NCBI GenBank assembly: GCA_965112155.1
Contig: OZ218099.1
DNA length: 64,000 bases
Source: Podarcis liolepis
Lineage: Eukaryota
Reading direction: 5' to 3' (one strand)
Every line of letters starts with the position of its first letter. The stretch's first letter is position 1. A program made the position numbers and the translations under genes. Shown in pieces: positions 13,435 through 26,691 of the stretch. Below the pieces are notes generated by a model. It did not search any database. It had not been told where the DNA came from and worked only from the letters and a program-made list of their open reading frames with translations.

Positions 13435-14428
13435 GTACATTGTTGTATAGGGGAAGATACTTTAATGTTTCTCTGCTTGACATTATGTTAATTTATCACA
13501 AAGAAGCCCACTCCATGTCCAATAGAATGGGCAAAGCTTTGCTCATCTCAGCTCCCTAGACCTGTCTCACATGGGAAGGCAGTGCAAGATATGGAATCCT
13601 GCAATACAGAATATGGAGCCAGTAGGATTCATTCATCTAGGCCCCTAGCATTAATCAAGGTTTGGACTTTGTGAAAGATAGGGTACAGAATGGACAAGGA
13701 ATTATCATTGGGTCCAGCTCTCAGGTTTCCTCAAAGGCTTAATGTTTTTTCCTAGTTGAAGAAGTAAGTGTTTGATTATTGAGGAAGTGCAGCTCAAACA
13801 AGAGAGGCTGTTATAAAAAGATTTTTAAATTGCCTTTTGAAGATTTTTTTACTGAAATTCTTAGTATTTCAGTTAGTTCCATCACATAAGTACAGTTTGG
13901 GAGCAAGAAGCTAAGTATTGAACTTACCTTGCTCTTTGTGCAGTGCTATCTTTCCTGGCAGAATACTTTTATAAATTTACTGATTGCTGAAGCTGGCATT
14001 GAGTATGGGGCTGGGGCAACAGTAAACTTCAAAAAAATACAGTGGGTTTTGTTTTTTTCTAAAAGAGTACTTTATTTGGTTGCATATTTTTCTTCCTAAG
14101 GCTCGGTGGTCTGCTATACTCTTATTAAGGTATACACTTCGCACAAGTGCATGTACGAAGTTTCAGCAACCAGTTTTTGTAAAAGCAAGCAACTTCGGGA
14201 GAAGATTTTTTATGTGGAGAATTATCATGGGAAAGCTAACACATTTCCCACAGTTTTTCCACTGCAGCTCCCCTTCTCCACACTGTTTTTCTCCATCCTA
14301 GCGATTCAGTTGAGTGAATGCTGGGAAGGAGAAACTAGGGACAGGGCGGTCTAACGAAAGGGGTAGCACTCCCTCCCCGTTGTTTCCCATGCAGAAACTT
14401 GATTGTATACTCTGTTTCTTTCCTGCAG

Positions 14429-14756
14429 CATCACCATCACCACCATCAGCAGACGCAGCAACAGCAACAGCAGCAGCAACAACAGCCACAGTTGCAACCA
14501 CAGCAGCTGCCCCCACCACCTCCTTCAGCCCCTCAACAAGCAGCCCCTCCAGTCAAATCCTCTCCTCCAGCTTTTGTTCCAGTGCAGATCCCAGTTATGG
14601 AGCATCCGCTCCCAGGGAATATGTTTGACACTATTTCACATTTCACTCAACCGATTATACACCTTCCTCAGCCAGAAATGCCGCCCCATCTCCCTCAGCA
14701 GCCTGAGCACAGCACTCCTCCTCACTTGAATCAGCATACAGTAGTTTCTCCTCCAG
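14429..14756 (+). CDS. BRD4: BRD4 exon (poly-His, poly-Gln, Pro-rich)
   Basis: [12 protein letters not shown]...[12 protein letters not shown]; acceptor tttcctgcag, donor CCAG|gtgagt. Confidence 0.95.
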
Positions 14757-14954
14757 GTGAGTGCTGTTTCTTGGATGTGCACTAGTTTTTTAAGTTCCTC
14801 ATAGGACATTGTGGACATTTGAGCAATATTGCAGGCCAAGGGAGTACAAATCAAGGGGAAGTTTCTCTTGAAATCAGAGGGCCATTTTAGACATAATGTT
14901 CCTAGTTTGCTAAACCATGGGGTTGTATCCAGTGAAATCATTCAGTACGTTTCC

Positions 14955-15240
14955 AAGCACAATTCAAAGTGTTGGTGCTGACCTTTAAAGCGCTAAATGG
15001 CCTTGGCCCAGAATACCTGAAGGAGCGTCTCCACCCGCATTGTTCAGCCTGAAGTCCACTGAGGTCCAGCTCCGAGGGCCTTCTCGGTAGTGGCGCCCAC
15101 CCTGTGAAATGCCCTCCCTTCAGATGTTAAGGAGATAAATAATTACACAAATTTTAGAAGACATCTGAAGGCATCCCTGTATCAGGAGGTTTTAGCACTT
15201 GATGTCTTATGTTTTTAGATATGCTGTAAGCCACCCAGAG
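14955..15240 (+). mobile_element. L2-clade LINE 3' fragment
   Basis: caattcaaagtgttggtgctgacctttaaagc..tacctgaaggagcgtctc, homologous to the 3' part of the 27.2-28.8 kb L2. Confidence 0.75.
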
Positions 15241-15680
15241 TGTGTGTGATCAGTGTGTGAAGGGGAGGAGGCATGGGATGGGGAATGTCGTTCAGTCCCA
15301 GTTCTTGTTCCCAGCTTGCTAAACTGTGGTTTAGAAAGACTTGAACATTGTATCAACACTAGGCCGTAGTTGAAGGGTCAGGATTTTGAGTTTAAAGAGC
15401 TGGTTTTCTATGCCATAATGTACAGGATCCTTTCTCAGTTGACCTCTTTTACACAGAAAAAGTTGTGTGGGTCTTTTTTGTGTGTGGTGGTGGTGGTAAA
15501 AAAAAAGGTGACCTTCCACCTGAAACCTGTAGTAGTACAATCCATTCTACTGTATCAGAGCTCAGCAACCTTATTCCCATTCAGCTGCATGCATAGACCT
15601 GACCTTAATCTGTGAGAATAATACAACTGTTTTCCGTGTCACAGTGTTGATGTAATGTCTTCCTGCTTTCTCTTCTGCAG

Positions 15681-16211
15681 CTTTGCACAATGCTCTGCCT
15701 CAGCAACCCTCAAGACCTAGTAATCGAGCTGCAGCACTCCCCCCTAAACCTGCTCGGCCTCCCGCAGTGTCACCAGCTCTTAACCAGCAACCCATGCTTC
15801 CGCAGCCCCCACTTCCCCAGCCTCCCCAGGAGCTTTTAGAGGATGAAGAACCTCCTGCTCCTCACCACAACCTGCTGAGTAGTAGCCAGATGCAGCTGTA
15901 CATTCAGCAGCTGCAGAAAGTGCAGCCACAGACTTCTCTCCTCCCTTCAGTGAAGGTCCAGTCGCAGCCTCCGCCATCCCTGCAACCTCCCCCCCATGCT
16001 CCAGTGCAACAGATGCAGCATCAGCCACAGCAGAGGCCAGTACATATGCAACCAATGCAGTTCCCTCCCCATATCCCTCAGCCTCAGCCACCTCCGCAGC
16101 AGCACCTACTCCCGCAGCAACAGCCGCCGCCGCCACAGCCGTCAAAACCCCAGCAAGTCATCCAACACCACCCATCGCCGCGACATCACAAGCCAGATCC
16201 CTATTCAGCTG
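15681..16211 (+). CDS. BRD4: BRD4 exon (P/Q-rich disordered region)
   Basis: [34 protein letters not shown]...HHKPDPYSA; acceptor tcttctgcag, donor GCTG|gtgagt. Confidence 0.96.
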
Positions 16212-17690
16212 GTGAGTAATCTAACGTGAATATAATAAACACTTGAAACGTACCAGGGTGGGGTGGGGGCCCTGAATTGCTTTGCTTCCAAAATCTTCCA
16301 TGCTTTACTGATGTTATTTATAATAAAATCAATGGAGGCTATCACACTACTTAAAAGTCATGAATTGAAGAGAACACAAGGAAGGAAAAGGGGGGTTTCT
16401 AACTGGAGTTATTGTGGGTTTTTAAATCAAATTCATCTCCAATATATTTTTGTTTGACAACGTTATACTATTGTATCCATTTAGTAATAACAATTTCATT
16501 TTGACAAAACATTGACTCTTCAGTAGCCAACAGTTTTTCCTTTGTGCCTGTACTCTGTTCAATTAGTGCCATGCATAGTGTTTCTTTTCAGAATGCCCCT
16601 TGCTCATTTAATACCTCCCCTAGACTTCAGTTTCCCTTGCTTAAAAGACAATAATATTATAAGGTGAAGCAATCCATTGTCTTAGATTATCTGAGCTATT
16701 AGGTAAAATGCATTTGACTCAGGTTTTCTGTTTTTGGATTCAAAAATCCCATGTGTCCTGCTGCATTATTCTGTATTCATATCTCATACATACATACTAT
16801 GTTATGATCAGTGTTAGAAACTAAGATATGAAAGCTAGGAGCTAAATGGCACCTTAAACCTAGGTTATGGCGCAACAACAGAATGTCTAGGCACACTTTT
16901 TTATAACAAGAATACAAAGATGAAAATGAATGAACTTCAGCTAAAATATTATGTTCCTTCCCCTGCCCACCCCCCTAATATTCTTAAGAGGTTCTCTTCT
17001 CCAGTCTTCTGAGAGTAGCTGGAAGTGGGGAGGCAGAAAAAGGTTCTCCTTTCCTTCCATTCTGCCGTTTTAATCTGAAATCTTAGGTGCAGTACTGTAC
17101 CCAGAGCTCAGAAACTGCTCAAACTGCTCATACTAATGAAATTCCCTGTCACAAAATATGCCTAGCCTAGAACAATGGGAGTTTCGAACACCGGTTATGA
17201 TATCTCAAAAGGACTAATACAGTGTAAATGGTGGCCCATCTGTAACTAACCGAAAGAGTCCGCTGCTGAATGATGACACCTTGGGAAAAATATAGCACTT
17301 TAATCATTGTTCCTGCAGGCAATGTAGGAGCAAAAGTTAAGGTGCTATAATGTGCTCACTGTAGGACAGAAGAGCCAGAAAACGTTTTCACAGTCATAGT
17401 GCTGGATTTCTTAAGGAGGCATAGTGAAGTGTTTTGTCTGGGTCTTCACTTCTTCCTCTTCATAGCTAACATTCATTGAGCACGTATGTACTGTATATAA
17501 TATTAACTCTTCCTAAGGAGCTTGCAGTGTACAATAAACAGACAAAACTGAAATGGAAAAAGGGAAAAGTCATGTATTAACTCATTTGTAGTTTGGATGG
17601 GAAAGGACAGAGTCACATAGTGATGGAGGACTAGGTAAGTGAAGTCTGGGTGGCTTTGCAAAGGCTTTGCTAAAATAAAATAGTTTTGAA

Positions 17691-18085
17691 CAGGGGTCGG
17701 CAACGTTTTTTGAGGCCAGGCTGGTCCACTCCCTGGCAGACCTCTCCGTGGGCCAGGGTGTGCGCACCTGTGCGTGCACTCAAGCTATTTCCAGCGCTCC
17801 TCTGTCCCGGAGGTGCACCAGAAATAGCGTGTATGCACGCGTACGGGCGCTCCTCCGGGTGAGGACACACTATTTCTGGCGCACTTCTGGGACGGAAGAG
17901 CACCTGTGTGCATGCGCACACGCTATTTCCGGCACTTTTCCAGAAGTTGGTCTCCAAGGCGGAAAAAATGGTGTTGGGCGGGGGGAGCACAGAATTCCCA
18001 CGCTGATCCACAGAACAGCTGTGGGCTGGTTCCAGGAAGCTCATGGGCCAGAACCTGCCCATGGGCCTTAGGTTGCTGACCTCTG
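17691..18085. mobile_element. hAT-superfamily MITE
   Basis: TIR CAGGGGTCGGCAAC..GTTGCTGACCTCTG; 8-bp TSD gttttgaa/gtcttgaa (1 mismatch); internal gctatttcc..gc repeats. Confidence 0.85.
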
Positions 18086-18638
18086 GTCTTGAAGAACAAT
18101 TGAAAGGCATCAAGGAAGGTAACTTAATTGATTGGCAGATACTGATCAGGGCATAGGTAGCATGCAGAAGTCACTGACAGGAACTGAGGGGGGGATGAGA
18201 GTGGAGATAGGGAACATTAAATGTGAAAAATAGCATTTTGAAGCTTTTGTGAAACACATTCAGAATCCACATACATAGGTTATGGCTAGACCACATAATG
18301 GTGCAGACAATGAAAGATCAACCTCTAGTTTGCACATTGCTTCATTGGGCTGATTCCTGCAAGTATGCAGCAAAACACACCCATTCTCCATTCACTGATG
18401 AGCATATGATAGATAATCTGAACATGCTTGAGAAACATTAGAGGGCAAAAATGCTTTTAATGAACTCATATTTGGTAAATAGCTAATAATTTAGTAAAGG
18501 CGTTCCCAACCCCAGTTGTAACACATTCTGGTCAGAACTTCTACTGCAGATCATTGGCCCATTATCTCAGAACTTTTGGTTAATGGCTCTGACTGAACTG
18601 TGATAAGAAGCTGATGGACTGGTGCTGAATTGTTACAG

Positions 18639-18751
18639 GTCATTTGAGAGAAGCACCTTCTCCTCTCATGATGCATTCCCCACAGATGCCACAGTTCCAG
18701 GGGCTGCAACATCAGTCTCCACCGCAACCAAATGTCCAGCCAAAAAAACAG
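18639..18751 (+). CDS. BRD4: BRD4 exon
   Basis: [38 protein letters not shown]; acceptor ttacag, donor CAG|gtaaag. Confidence 0.94.
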
Positions 18752-18935
18752 GTAAAGACATAGTGTGAATGTAAAGGACTTTCCAGAATTCAGTTTGCCC
18801 ATGAACCTTGAAAACATTATCAAGGTGAGAAAACAGGTATTTGCCAAACACTTGTAGTGCAAGATGGGGTGGGCTTACACAGGGAAAGCTACGTTAGGAA
18901 ATTGTGATTGACATGCGTTTGTCCTGCTGTGACAG

Positions 18936-19092
18936 GAACTGAGAGCCGCATCTGTGGTTCAATCACAGCCTATGGTAAAAGAAGAAAAGATGCAATCCCC
19001 AGTCATCCGAAATGAGACTTTCAGCCCAGCCTTGCGGCAGGATCCTCCCAAACACCCAGAGAGCATCAAGCCACCTACACATATCCAACAAC
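18936..19092 (+). CDS. BRD4: BRD4 exon
   Basis: [52 protein letters not shown]; donor AAC|gtgagt. Confidence 0.94.
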
Positions 19093-19252
19093 GTGAGTGA
19101 CAATTGAAATCTGTTTGTCGAGTGTGATGTGTCATTGTAGATTTGTCCACATAAAAGAGGAAAGGCTAAATTTCTCATACCGATCCATGATCAATCCTTC
19201 TATAGTGCCGACCAACAGGAACAGGTTTTTACAGTGATTATTGTTGTTTCAG

Positions 19253-19380
19253 GAACAGAGATGAAGCCAGTGGACAGTGGGCGGCCTGTTATAAGACCCC
19301 CAGAGCAAAATCCACCACCTGGAGTCCAGGACAAAGAGAGACTGAAGCAGGAACCAAAAACACCAGTTGCCCCTAAAAAG
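19253..19380 (+). CDS. BRD4: BRD4 exon
   Basis: [43 protein letters not shown]; acceptor gtttcag, donor AAG|gtaaca. Confidence 0.95.
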
Positions 19381-19562
19381 GTAACAGTCCCATTATCAGC
19401 AAGTGTCTCTAAAAGTGAATCAAGAGTATTATAACTATCCTTGGAAAATGTGATTTTAGCGATCTGGGCTGAATTGCTGACACTCCCGCTAGGCATTGTT
19501 TCTTAGTGGAACAGAGAGTTATAGTTATAAGCTGTAATGTACTACTTCTTTTTCCTCCTCAG

Positions 19563-19774
19563 GATTTGAAATTAAAGAATATGGGCTCCTGGGCAAGCTT
19601 AGTGCAGAAGCACCCCACTGCACCATCCTCTACAGTGAAATCCAGCAGCGACAGCTTTGAGCACTTCAAGAGGGCAGCCCGGGAAAAGGAGGAGCGTGAG
19701 AAGGCTTTGAAGGCTCAGGCAGAACAAGCAGAAAAGGAGAAGGAGCGGCAGAGACGGGAGCAAGAGAGAATGAG
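19563..19774 (+). CDS. BRD4: BRD4 exon
   Basis: [71 protein letters not shown]; canonical splice sites. Confidence 0.96.
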
Positions 19775-20113
19775 GTGAGAGGAGCCTGTACTGCTAACCC
19801 ATTCACCTGCAAGTAAGGAGCAAGCACATGCTTCATTGTGTTCATATAATTTTATGATCATAGGTGCTGTAATTTGGCATAGGTGTGCTAGGACTTGTTT
19901 TTGCTATGCCAACCTGCTGTTAGGTAGGTTGAAGTCAAGCTATAGCAGAAATCCTATACCCCCGTTGTTTTGTATTTTCACGGTTAACAAGCTGTCGAGC
20001 AGTGCCTTCAAATCAGCATGTTATTCCTGGACGCTGTTAGTACCTTCTCAGGTGCTAAGGAAAAGATGCAAAGAGTAGCGTATGGTTTTAATGGTACTTT
20101 TGGTCTTGGGTAG

Positions 20114-20219
20114 GAGTCGTGAAGAGGAGGATACTCTGGAGCAAGCTCGTCGAGTTCATGAAGAAGTCCGACGGCGCCAGGAGCAGCCACCACAGCATCA
20201 TCAACCACCACCACCACCA

Positions 20220-20251
<32 letters not shown>

Positions 20252-20375
20252 GGTGTCAGCAGCAGCCTCTGCTCCCCAAGCACAGAGCTCTCAGCCGCAG
20301 GCTTCTCAGTCCATGCTGGACCAACAGAGAGAGATGCTCAGAAAACGAGAGCAGGAGCGAAGGCGCAGGGAGGCA
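20114..20375 (+). CDS. BRD4: BRD4 exon (poly-Gln, start of C-terminal motif)
   Basis: [25 protein letters not shown]11..[22 protein letters not shown]; donor GCA|gtaagt. Confidence 0.95.
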
Positions 20376-21694
20376 GTAAGTGAGGGAGAAAGGGATTATT
20401 GGGGTTTGAATGAGAAGCTATTTCGACAACAAGCTAAACAACAGAGGCTCACTTTGCTGGTATAATTTTTAATTTGCTGACTACGTGCCAGAGATCCTCA
20501 GTCTTTTTCACAGGATTCTCACGTTAAGCCTACAATCCCATGTACATGTACCTATGTGTTAAGTCCCACTGAATTGTGGAACTTCTGAGTAAAGTAAACA
20601 TGTTTAGGGTTGTGACTGTAAATCAGGTGTCCCTCCTAGAAATAGTTGTTCCATATTCATTGACAAAGCTCTCAGATTTCCCTCTCTCTAAATTTCTACA
20701 TTTTTCTTTTCTTTGTTTCTTACTGACCTTCTATTTAATATACTCTTTTCATGGAAGTTCCCAGAGTCTGCATTTTACAAGTGCACAGATACTGTCCACA
20801 CATGGTCATTGCTCCATGTGCACATAATGCTAAGTCATGGTTTGTAGTAATGGCTTCAGCAAATGCTGAGTTATCTCACAGATGAACAAACAAGACATGT
20901 CTTGTTTCTTGAAAGCTTGGTTTATGTTCTAAATGCCACTCTTGCCTTGTGCCTTTGTAGCTTGATGAGCATCTGAAGTGCAGTGGCCTAACAAACCAGA
21001 GCTAAGCAGAGTTGTTGGGTTTTGATATAACCCCTATCTGTAGTTAAAACAAGACATGTTCATAAGCCAACAACAACTTATGGTTTCACATTGTGGGTGG
21101 CATTAAGTTTTTCTCAAAGTAGACCCTTTAAAATTAATACGCCTAATTTAGCCATGTTAATTAATTTTAGTGAGTCTACTCAGACTAACCAAACTATGGC
21201 TTGGTGTTATGTGTGAACCGGGCCACTGAGGTTTAATCAGATTTGTCTTCAGCACAAGGGGGACCTTTATTCCACCTAAGCTTTCATACACACAACTTGC
21301 TCTTCTTAGGGCCAAGCCATAGGTGTCTACTTTGAAGTTAAATTATACTTCCTTCTTGTCCCACTTTCGCATCCTTCATTCTCTCTCTTCCTCTCCCTCT
21401 CCCATACCAACACACATTTCTCAACATCATGTTCCCTGACACTGTCACTCTATCCTGTTTCTTTTATAAGGCAGTGGTGTAATAGATAACAGAAAAGAAA
21501 GCACCATCTGCCGGAGCCCTTTTAATGTTGTCTGGTATGATTTCCTTAGACCTGCCAAACATACTGTGCTATTCACTAGGTTTTCTGGAGTCAAGAACTC
21601 AGCCTGCCCCTTTATGGAAGAGACAGTGCGCCTGGCCAAGCAGGCCAGTGATTGCCACTGCCTGGTGGGTTCTGCAGCAGAAAGCCCCCTTTTC

Positions 21695-21760
21695 TAGAAT
21701 CATAGAATCATAGAGTTGGAAGAGACCACAAGGGCCATGGAGTCCAACCCCCTGCCAAGC
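21695..21760 (-). mobile_element. 3' end of CR1 LINE or CR1-tailed SINE (Squam2-like)
   Basis: Reverse strand ends ..cttccaactctatgattctatgattcta, the CR1 (ATTCTRTG)n tail. Confidence 0.75.
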
Positions 21761-21778
21761 ATGGCTATCTGAATATAA

Positions 21779-21895
<117 letters not shown>

Positions 21896-23170
21896 TAGCG
21901 CCTGGTTTTCTTTGCCTGACTCCTTAATTTCCTGGCAAATCTTTGACTCTCCATAGTGTTGTTGGCGGCTGGGAGGAGAGCATTCCTGCAGCCTTTCTGC
22001 ATGTGTGACAGATGCGGCCTCAGAAGGATCAGCAGAGTCTGCCTTACAATGTGATTTTCTTCCCCACCCCGCCTCACTGAAGAAAGAAAGACCAAGACAA
22101 GCCAACTCTGTACTAGGTTTGAGTCGGTGGACATGCAGTTACCGGGAAGGGTGCCCCTGATCACTTGATATTCTCTATGCCAAACTTACTTGCAGTATAT
22201 CCAGGACTTAATGCTGTTCACCCCTTTTCTATTCTTAAGAGTTCTGAGTTACAGAATGTCTTTGACTCTACAATGCTGTGTGCTGGCAGCACAAGACACT
22301 CTGCATTGAGAGGCTGTGTACAAGAAGACATACAAGCTGTTTCCGAGTCCTGTCATCACTGGCTTTGCCTTTAACTAAACTTCCCACAAGCCTGTAGCTG
22401 GGAGCCATTCTCTGTAAGTGTTCGCTTGTGAAAAAGGGAATAATTTAGCGGAGGTGTCAAGTGTACCTGGCGATTTGAGTGAGGTTTCTGTTTTTAGCAT
22501 TGTGTGGAGGTCCAGGAATCTGAGCTAGACTACCAACCAAAGTCAGTTTCTTTCAATCTGTTTATTTTCCTCCAGACAAATTGGCACTGCTCAGCTCATG
22601 AGTGGGTATTCTTGTCTCTTCATTATGGATTGGAGTGGGGAAAACATTAGCACCAGGGGTATCTCCCACCCTGTCAATAGTGTTTGACTGTGGCTGTATT
22701 GTATAGTGAATATAGTTGGCATATATTTGTTTGAGTTTTATTGGTGAGCCCACCAAACTCTGTAAAGACACTGCTTATATTTTGCTCAGTTCCAGACTTT
22801 TCATCTATATTTTTAACTGTAATACCAGAAAGATACATTTTGGGTTTTAAATGTCATGGAGTCTGTTAAATTAGTTTTTATACAGCAAAGGAGCAGCTCC
22901 AAGGAGGGAGTGGGAGTGGACTTGGATCAGCAGGAAGGCCTGCTCCTCTTGCCTTCAGTTGAGTTCTCTCACACACTAGCAGTGATCGTTTTCCCAGCAC
23001 CTTTAGTGTGTTTTTTTTCCATTTTACTCTTTGAATTGTTCCAAGTTTATGTGCCATAAATACCCACTATACAGTACAATACTGGTGTGTCAGTATTGGC
23101 CAATCTCTGGAGTAATTAATTGGTTTTACTTTAATACGGTGAATATGCATTTGGTCTGTACTGATCATGG

Positions 23171-23176
23171 AATAAA
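23171..23176 (+). promoter_or_regulatory. BRD4 proximal polyadenylation signal (candidate)
   Basis: AATAAA with upstream TGTA and downstream T-rich tract (tctctttttttttt, ggtgtcgt). Confidence 0.55.
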
Positions 23177-26100
23177 CTCATCTCTTTTTTTTTAAAGTTG
23201 GTGTCGTACTGACATTTCTTTTAAATCCTGCTTGTGATGAAAAATTACTTAAGGGGGTAAAGCTGCAAAAGGACAGCTTGCCCCCTCACCTGTCTTGCTC
23301 CAGCAGAGAAGGGAATTCTCCGGCCACAATTAGCAGGGTTTCTTTTCTGTCTTGTCACAAACCTGGGAAAAGCTTTCCCTGGGAGCAATCCTAAAGCAAC
23401 AGAATTCCCTAGAAACTGTAGGAAGACAAAGTATCAAGCAGTTGGTGCCTTCTCAGAAGAGACTTTCCCAGAAGGCATCTTACCCCATGGCTGGTTTCAT
23501 GCTGTAGAACTTTCCAAAAGTTGGAAAAGACCATGCAGGGATTGCTCTCAGTTACTTCCTCTTCCTGCAGTGGACAAATCTTAGCAAATGTATGATGTAG
23601 CTTCCAGCAGTGAAAATTGGTCCACTTCAGTTGCAATGAGAAAGAGGCAAGGTTTGTCTGCTTATGGACAATGGTCCTCCAAGCCTTGGACAAGTCCCAT
23701 GTTGTCAGTGAAATTCTTTTAAATTTGGCTGCCTGAAAAGTGTTTAGGTTTGGTGCATTTGGACTGGCTGCAGCTGACCCCTGGAGGATCCAGTGAAAGG
23801 AGAGGAAGGAATAGATAGTTCACCTTTCTGTACTCTTCCTCCAAACAAGTGTTCTCGGAGGACCTCCTGGCCCCAGAATTTGACAGTGTAGAGCTTGTGT
23901 TGATACCTCTCTTGACAAAATGTGACTGTTCTGACAGAAACTGTCCTGAGTCTGGGTCAGTGGGGTTGGGCTATTGAACACTGTTATTCAGTGTACTTAT
24001 TCCTGGCAGCTCGGGCCCTCCCTGGCTAGCTGCTGTAGAGGATGCTATCACTTTGCGTGAACACCTCAAACCAACCTCACTTCTGCGCGTTCAGCCAAAG
24101 ACACCCCTATTTTCCCATATGACATAAGTTTTGAAAGACAGTTTGCATAATTTGCCATCATCTTTTCACTCATATGAGATGCATTGCCCAACTAGATTAT
24201 AACTGGCCAAATGGGAGATAAACTCAGCCTTGTATTATATAATATGTATGTTGTGAAAAGGGTGGTGTCCAAAATGACATAAATATAGGTAGCAACTTAT
24301 GCTGGGCTACCTTCATGTCTCCAGACCTGGAAAAGACTGTACTACCCTTACTCCTCATGTGATTTTCCAGTGTATTGGGAGGAGTGGGAAAGGCGATACC
24401 TAAGGTAGCTCTCAACTGCCTCTGATTAGTATTGCCCTTGCATCTTTTGGTCCTTTTCAGCATCAATCTCAGGTCTTTTTGCAACAGGTGTGTATTGTGG
24501 CCTGCTGCACAGCTCCAATACCAGGCTATAGGCTGCCACTGTCAGATGGCATGGCAGACCATGTGTCACCCATTCCCAGCCTAACTTTGGACTTGGCCTT
24601 TCAATGAGCAATTAAATCTCTATGCCCTTAGTTGTCAGAGGTGCATGGAGCAGTAGCCATGTACTGAAGGGAACAGACTGAATTTAGGGGCCAGTGATTC
24701 TTTGGTATTCTTGTGAGCTGTTGGTCTTCACACTGAATTTTTACCTAAAGGTGCCTTTTTAACTCTACATCATTAGAAGATCTCCAAGCTTTTCTGTGTA
24801 GAGTACCAGACAGTTGGGTACTTTGAGGGAGTGAAGGGGTGTCTAAAGAAGAGATGCTCCCAAGATAGCCTCTGTGAAGGCTGTCGAGTATTACCTTGCT
24901 GAAAGGATGTGCAAGTAGGTGTTGGTCAAGCTTTCTGCCACCATGAGTTGCTTAAAGCAAGCAAAATGTTGTCTGTGTTCTCCTTCTTCCTGGTAGTTGC
25001 CAGTCTTGAGAAGGCCAAGGGGGTGTTTGCACTTCCATCTCCAAGCCCAGCAGATCTGTATTAGGAGTGGGCTAGACTTCTGGCCAATAATTGCCCTTAG
25101 CTTTAAAATGCAACTGTGTAGTCCAAAGGATGCTGGGTTTCTGAGGACTGTGCACTGGCCTGGGGGGGGGGGGGTCACTGTATGCTTGGGAACGTGTAGC
25201 TGTTCATTTTTTGGACCAACATAATGGTAGTCACAGTACGCTGGATTGTACACAAAACTAGCTTCCACCCTTTAACTGCTGGCGTGTGAGCATTATTACT
25301 TCAGAATGAACAAGATGTTGAATCTCTCACTCACACAGATTCTTTGTGAAGGTTTAATTGATGGATTAGCCCTTGGTTTTAAATTGTATCCCAGAAATTG
25401 TCAGGGAAAGGGGGCTCATGTTACTGTGGCTACGGCTCAGAATTAAGTAGAAAGAGCCCCTTGCATCCCCTCCTCTTCCCTGTGCCACTGGCGCATCCTA
25501 TTTACCACAAGTTCATTAACTGGCCTTAATATTCTCCTCTTGGCTCTTTTTGTGCAGATCTTTGATGGGGAAGTAGGAACTTTGGCTTCCCTTCTGAACG
25601 TTGTTCTGATCTTTTCATTTCCATTGCCAGTCCTTTCTCACAGTATTCCTTGCCCCCATGTCTCCCCCACCCCCACTTGCCCTTTTTACGAAGCACTTTG
25701 GATGATCATCTCCCTCCTTTAATTTTAAGCTCAGGGTTTTTGGGGTACTTTTAGTGCACATCCGCTGTAAGAGTTGATCACAGATGAGCTCACATCCACT
25801 GTAAGAGTTGGTCACACATGAGCTCATCACAATTGTACATAATAAAACCGCACCATACTGACAAAAATAAAGGCATAACAAAATGGAGATGCTGGAACTT
25901 CTACCAAGAGAGCACCCTCAGCTGTAAAATTTTAAAAATATATAATTTATATGTATGCAAAGAACAACACCCCTTGTATCTAGTCAGTAGTGAGGTTAGT
26001 CCTTTTTTAATGTTAACCCCTCTTTTTGCATTTGACATTTGCCAAACCTTGTCAGTAGTTGAGAGTTCCAAGTAGTGATAGAGTTTTTTAGATTGGTGGC

Positions 26101-26685
26101 TTACTCAGCTGTCTCGTTCTTCTTCCTCACTCTCCTCCCCTCCTTTCTATCTTTTGCAAACTTCTTGAAATGTTTACAGGCTTGCACCTATCTACTTTAA
26201 TTTTTTAAAAGCTGTACTTGGTATTTTATTTTTACACATTTCTGAATGATGAACATAGGGTGATATCGTTAGTTGGGACATGATTCTTTTTTTTCTGCCA
26301 AAGGTATTTTTTGCTATTCTTGTGTTTTATTTTTCTGTTTTTACAAAATGTTTGTGTTTATAATTTGGTTGTCATTCAGACTGAGACATATTTAATTTCC
26401 CTTTCTTCCCCCAACCCCCATGTATGATTTTAACAATTACAGACATTAGATGTAGGAGTCTAGCCTAAATGATGTAATCTTGTTTATTTTTTCCCCTTCT
26501 TCAGTCTTGTACAAATGAATAAGAGAAATGTACAATCCCACTGTACTTAATGCACGGAACGCTTGGCAAATAATTATGTCAGTGAATTTGAAACTTGTAT
26601 TAAACACTTTAGACATTTGTAGAAGGGAATTCATAGAATTTTCACTTATATACTAAAGGTTTTTTGTGCAGTTCTCATTGCAAAA

Positions 26686-26691
26686 AATAAA
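26686..26691 (+). promoter_or_regulatory. BRD4 distal polyadenylation signal (candidate)
   Basis: AATAAA at the end of a UTR-like block with several TGTA motifs and a downstream T-rich tract; transposon-rich DNA begins just after. Confidence 0.65.

Noticed and set aside
15780-16145. Ala-rich antisense or alternative-frame ORFs over BRD4 exons (also 14298-14628 and 20008-20283)
   Set aside because: Shadow frames of CAG/CCN-rich BRD4 coding sequence.
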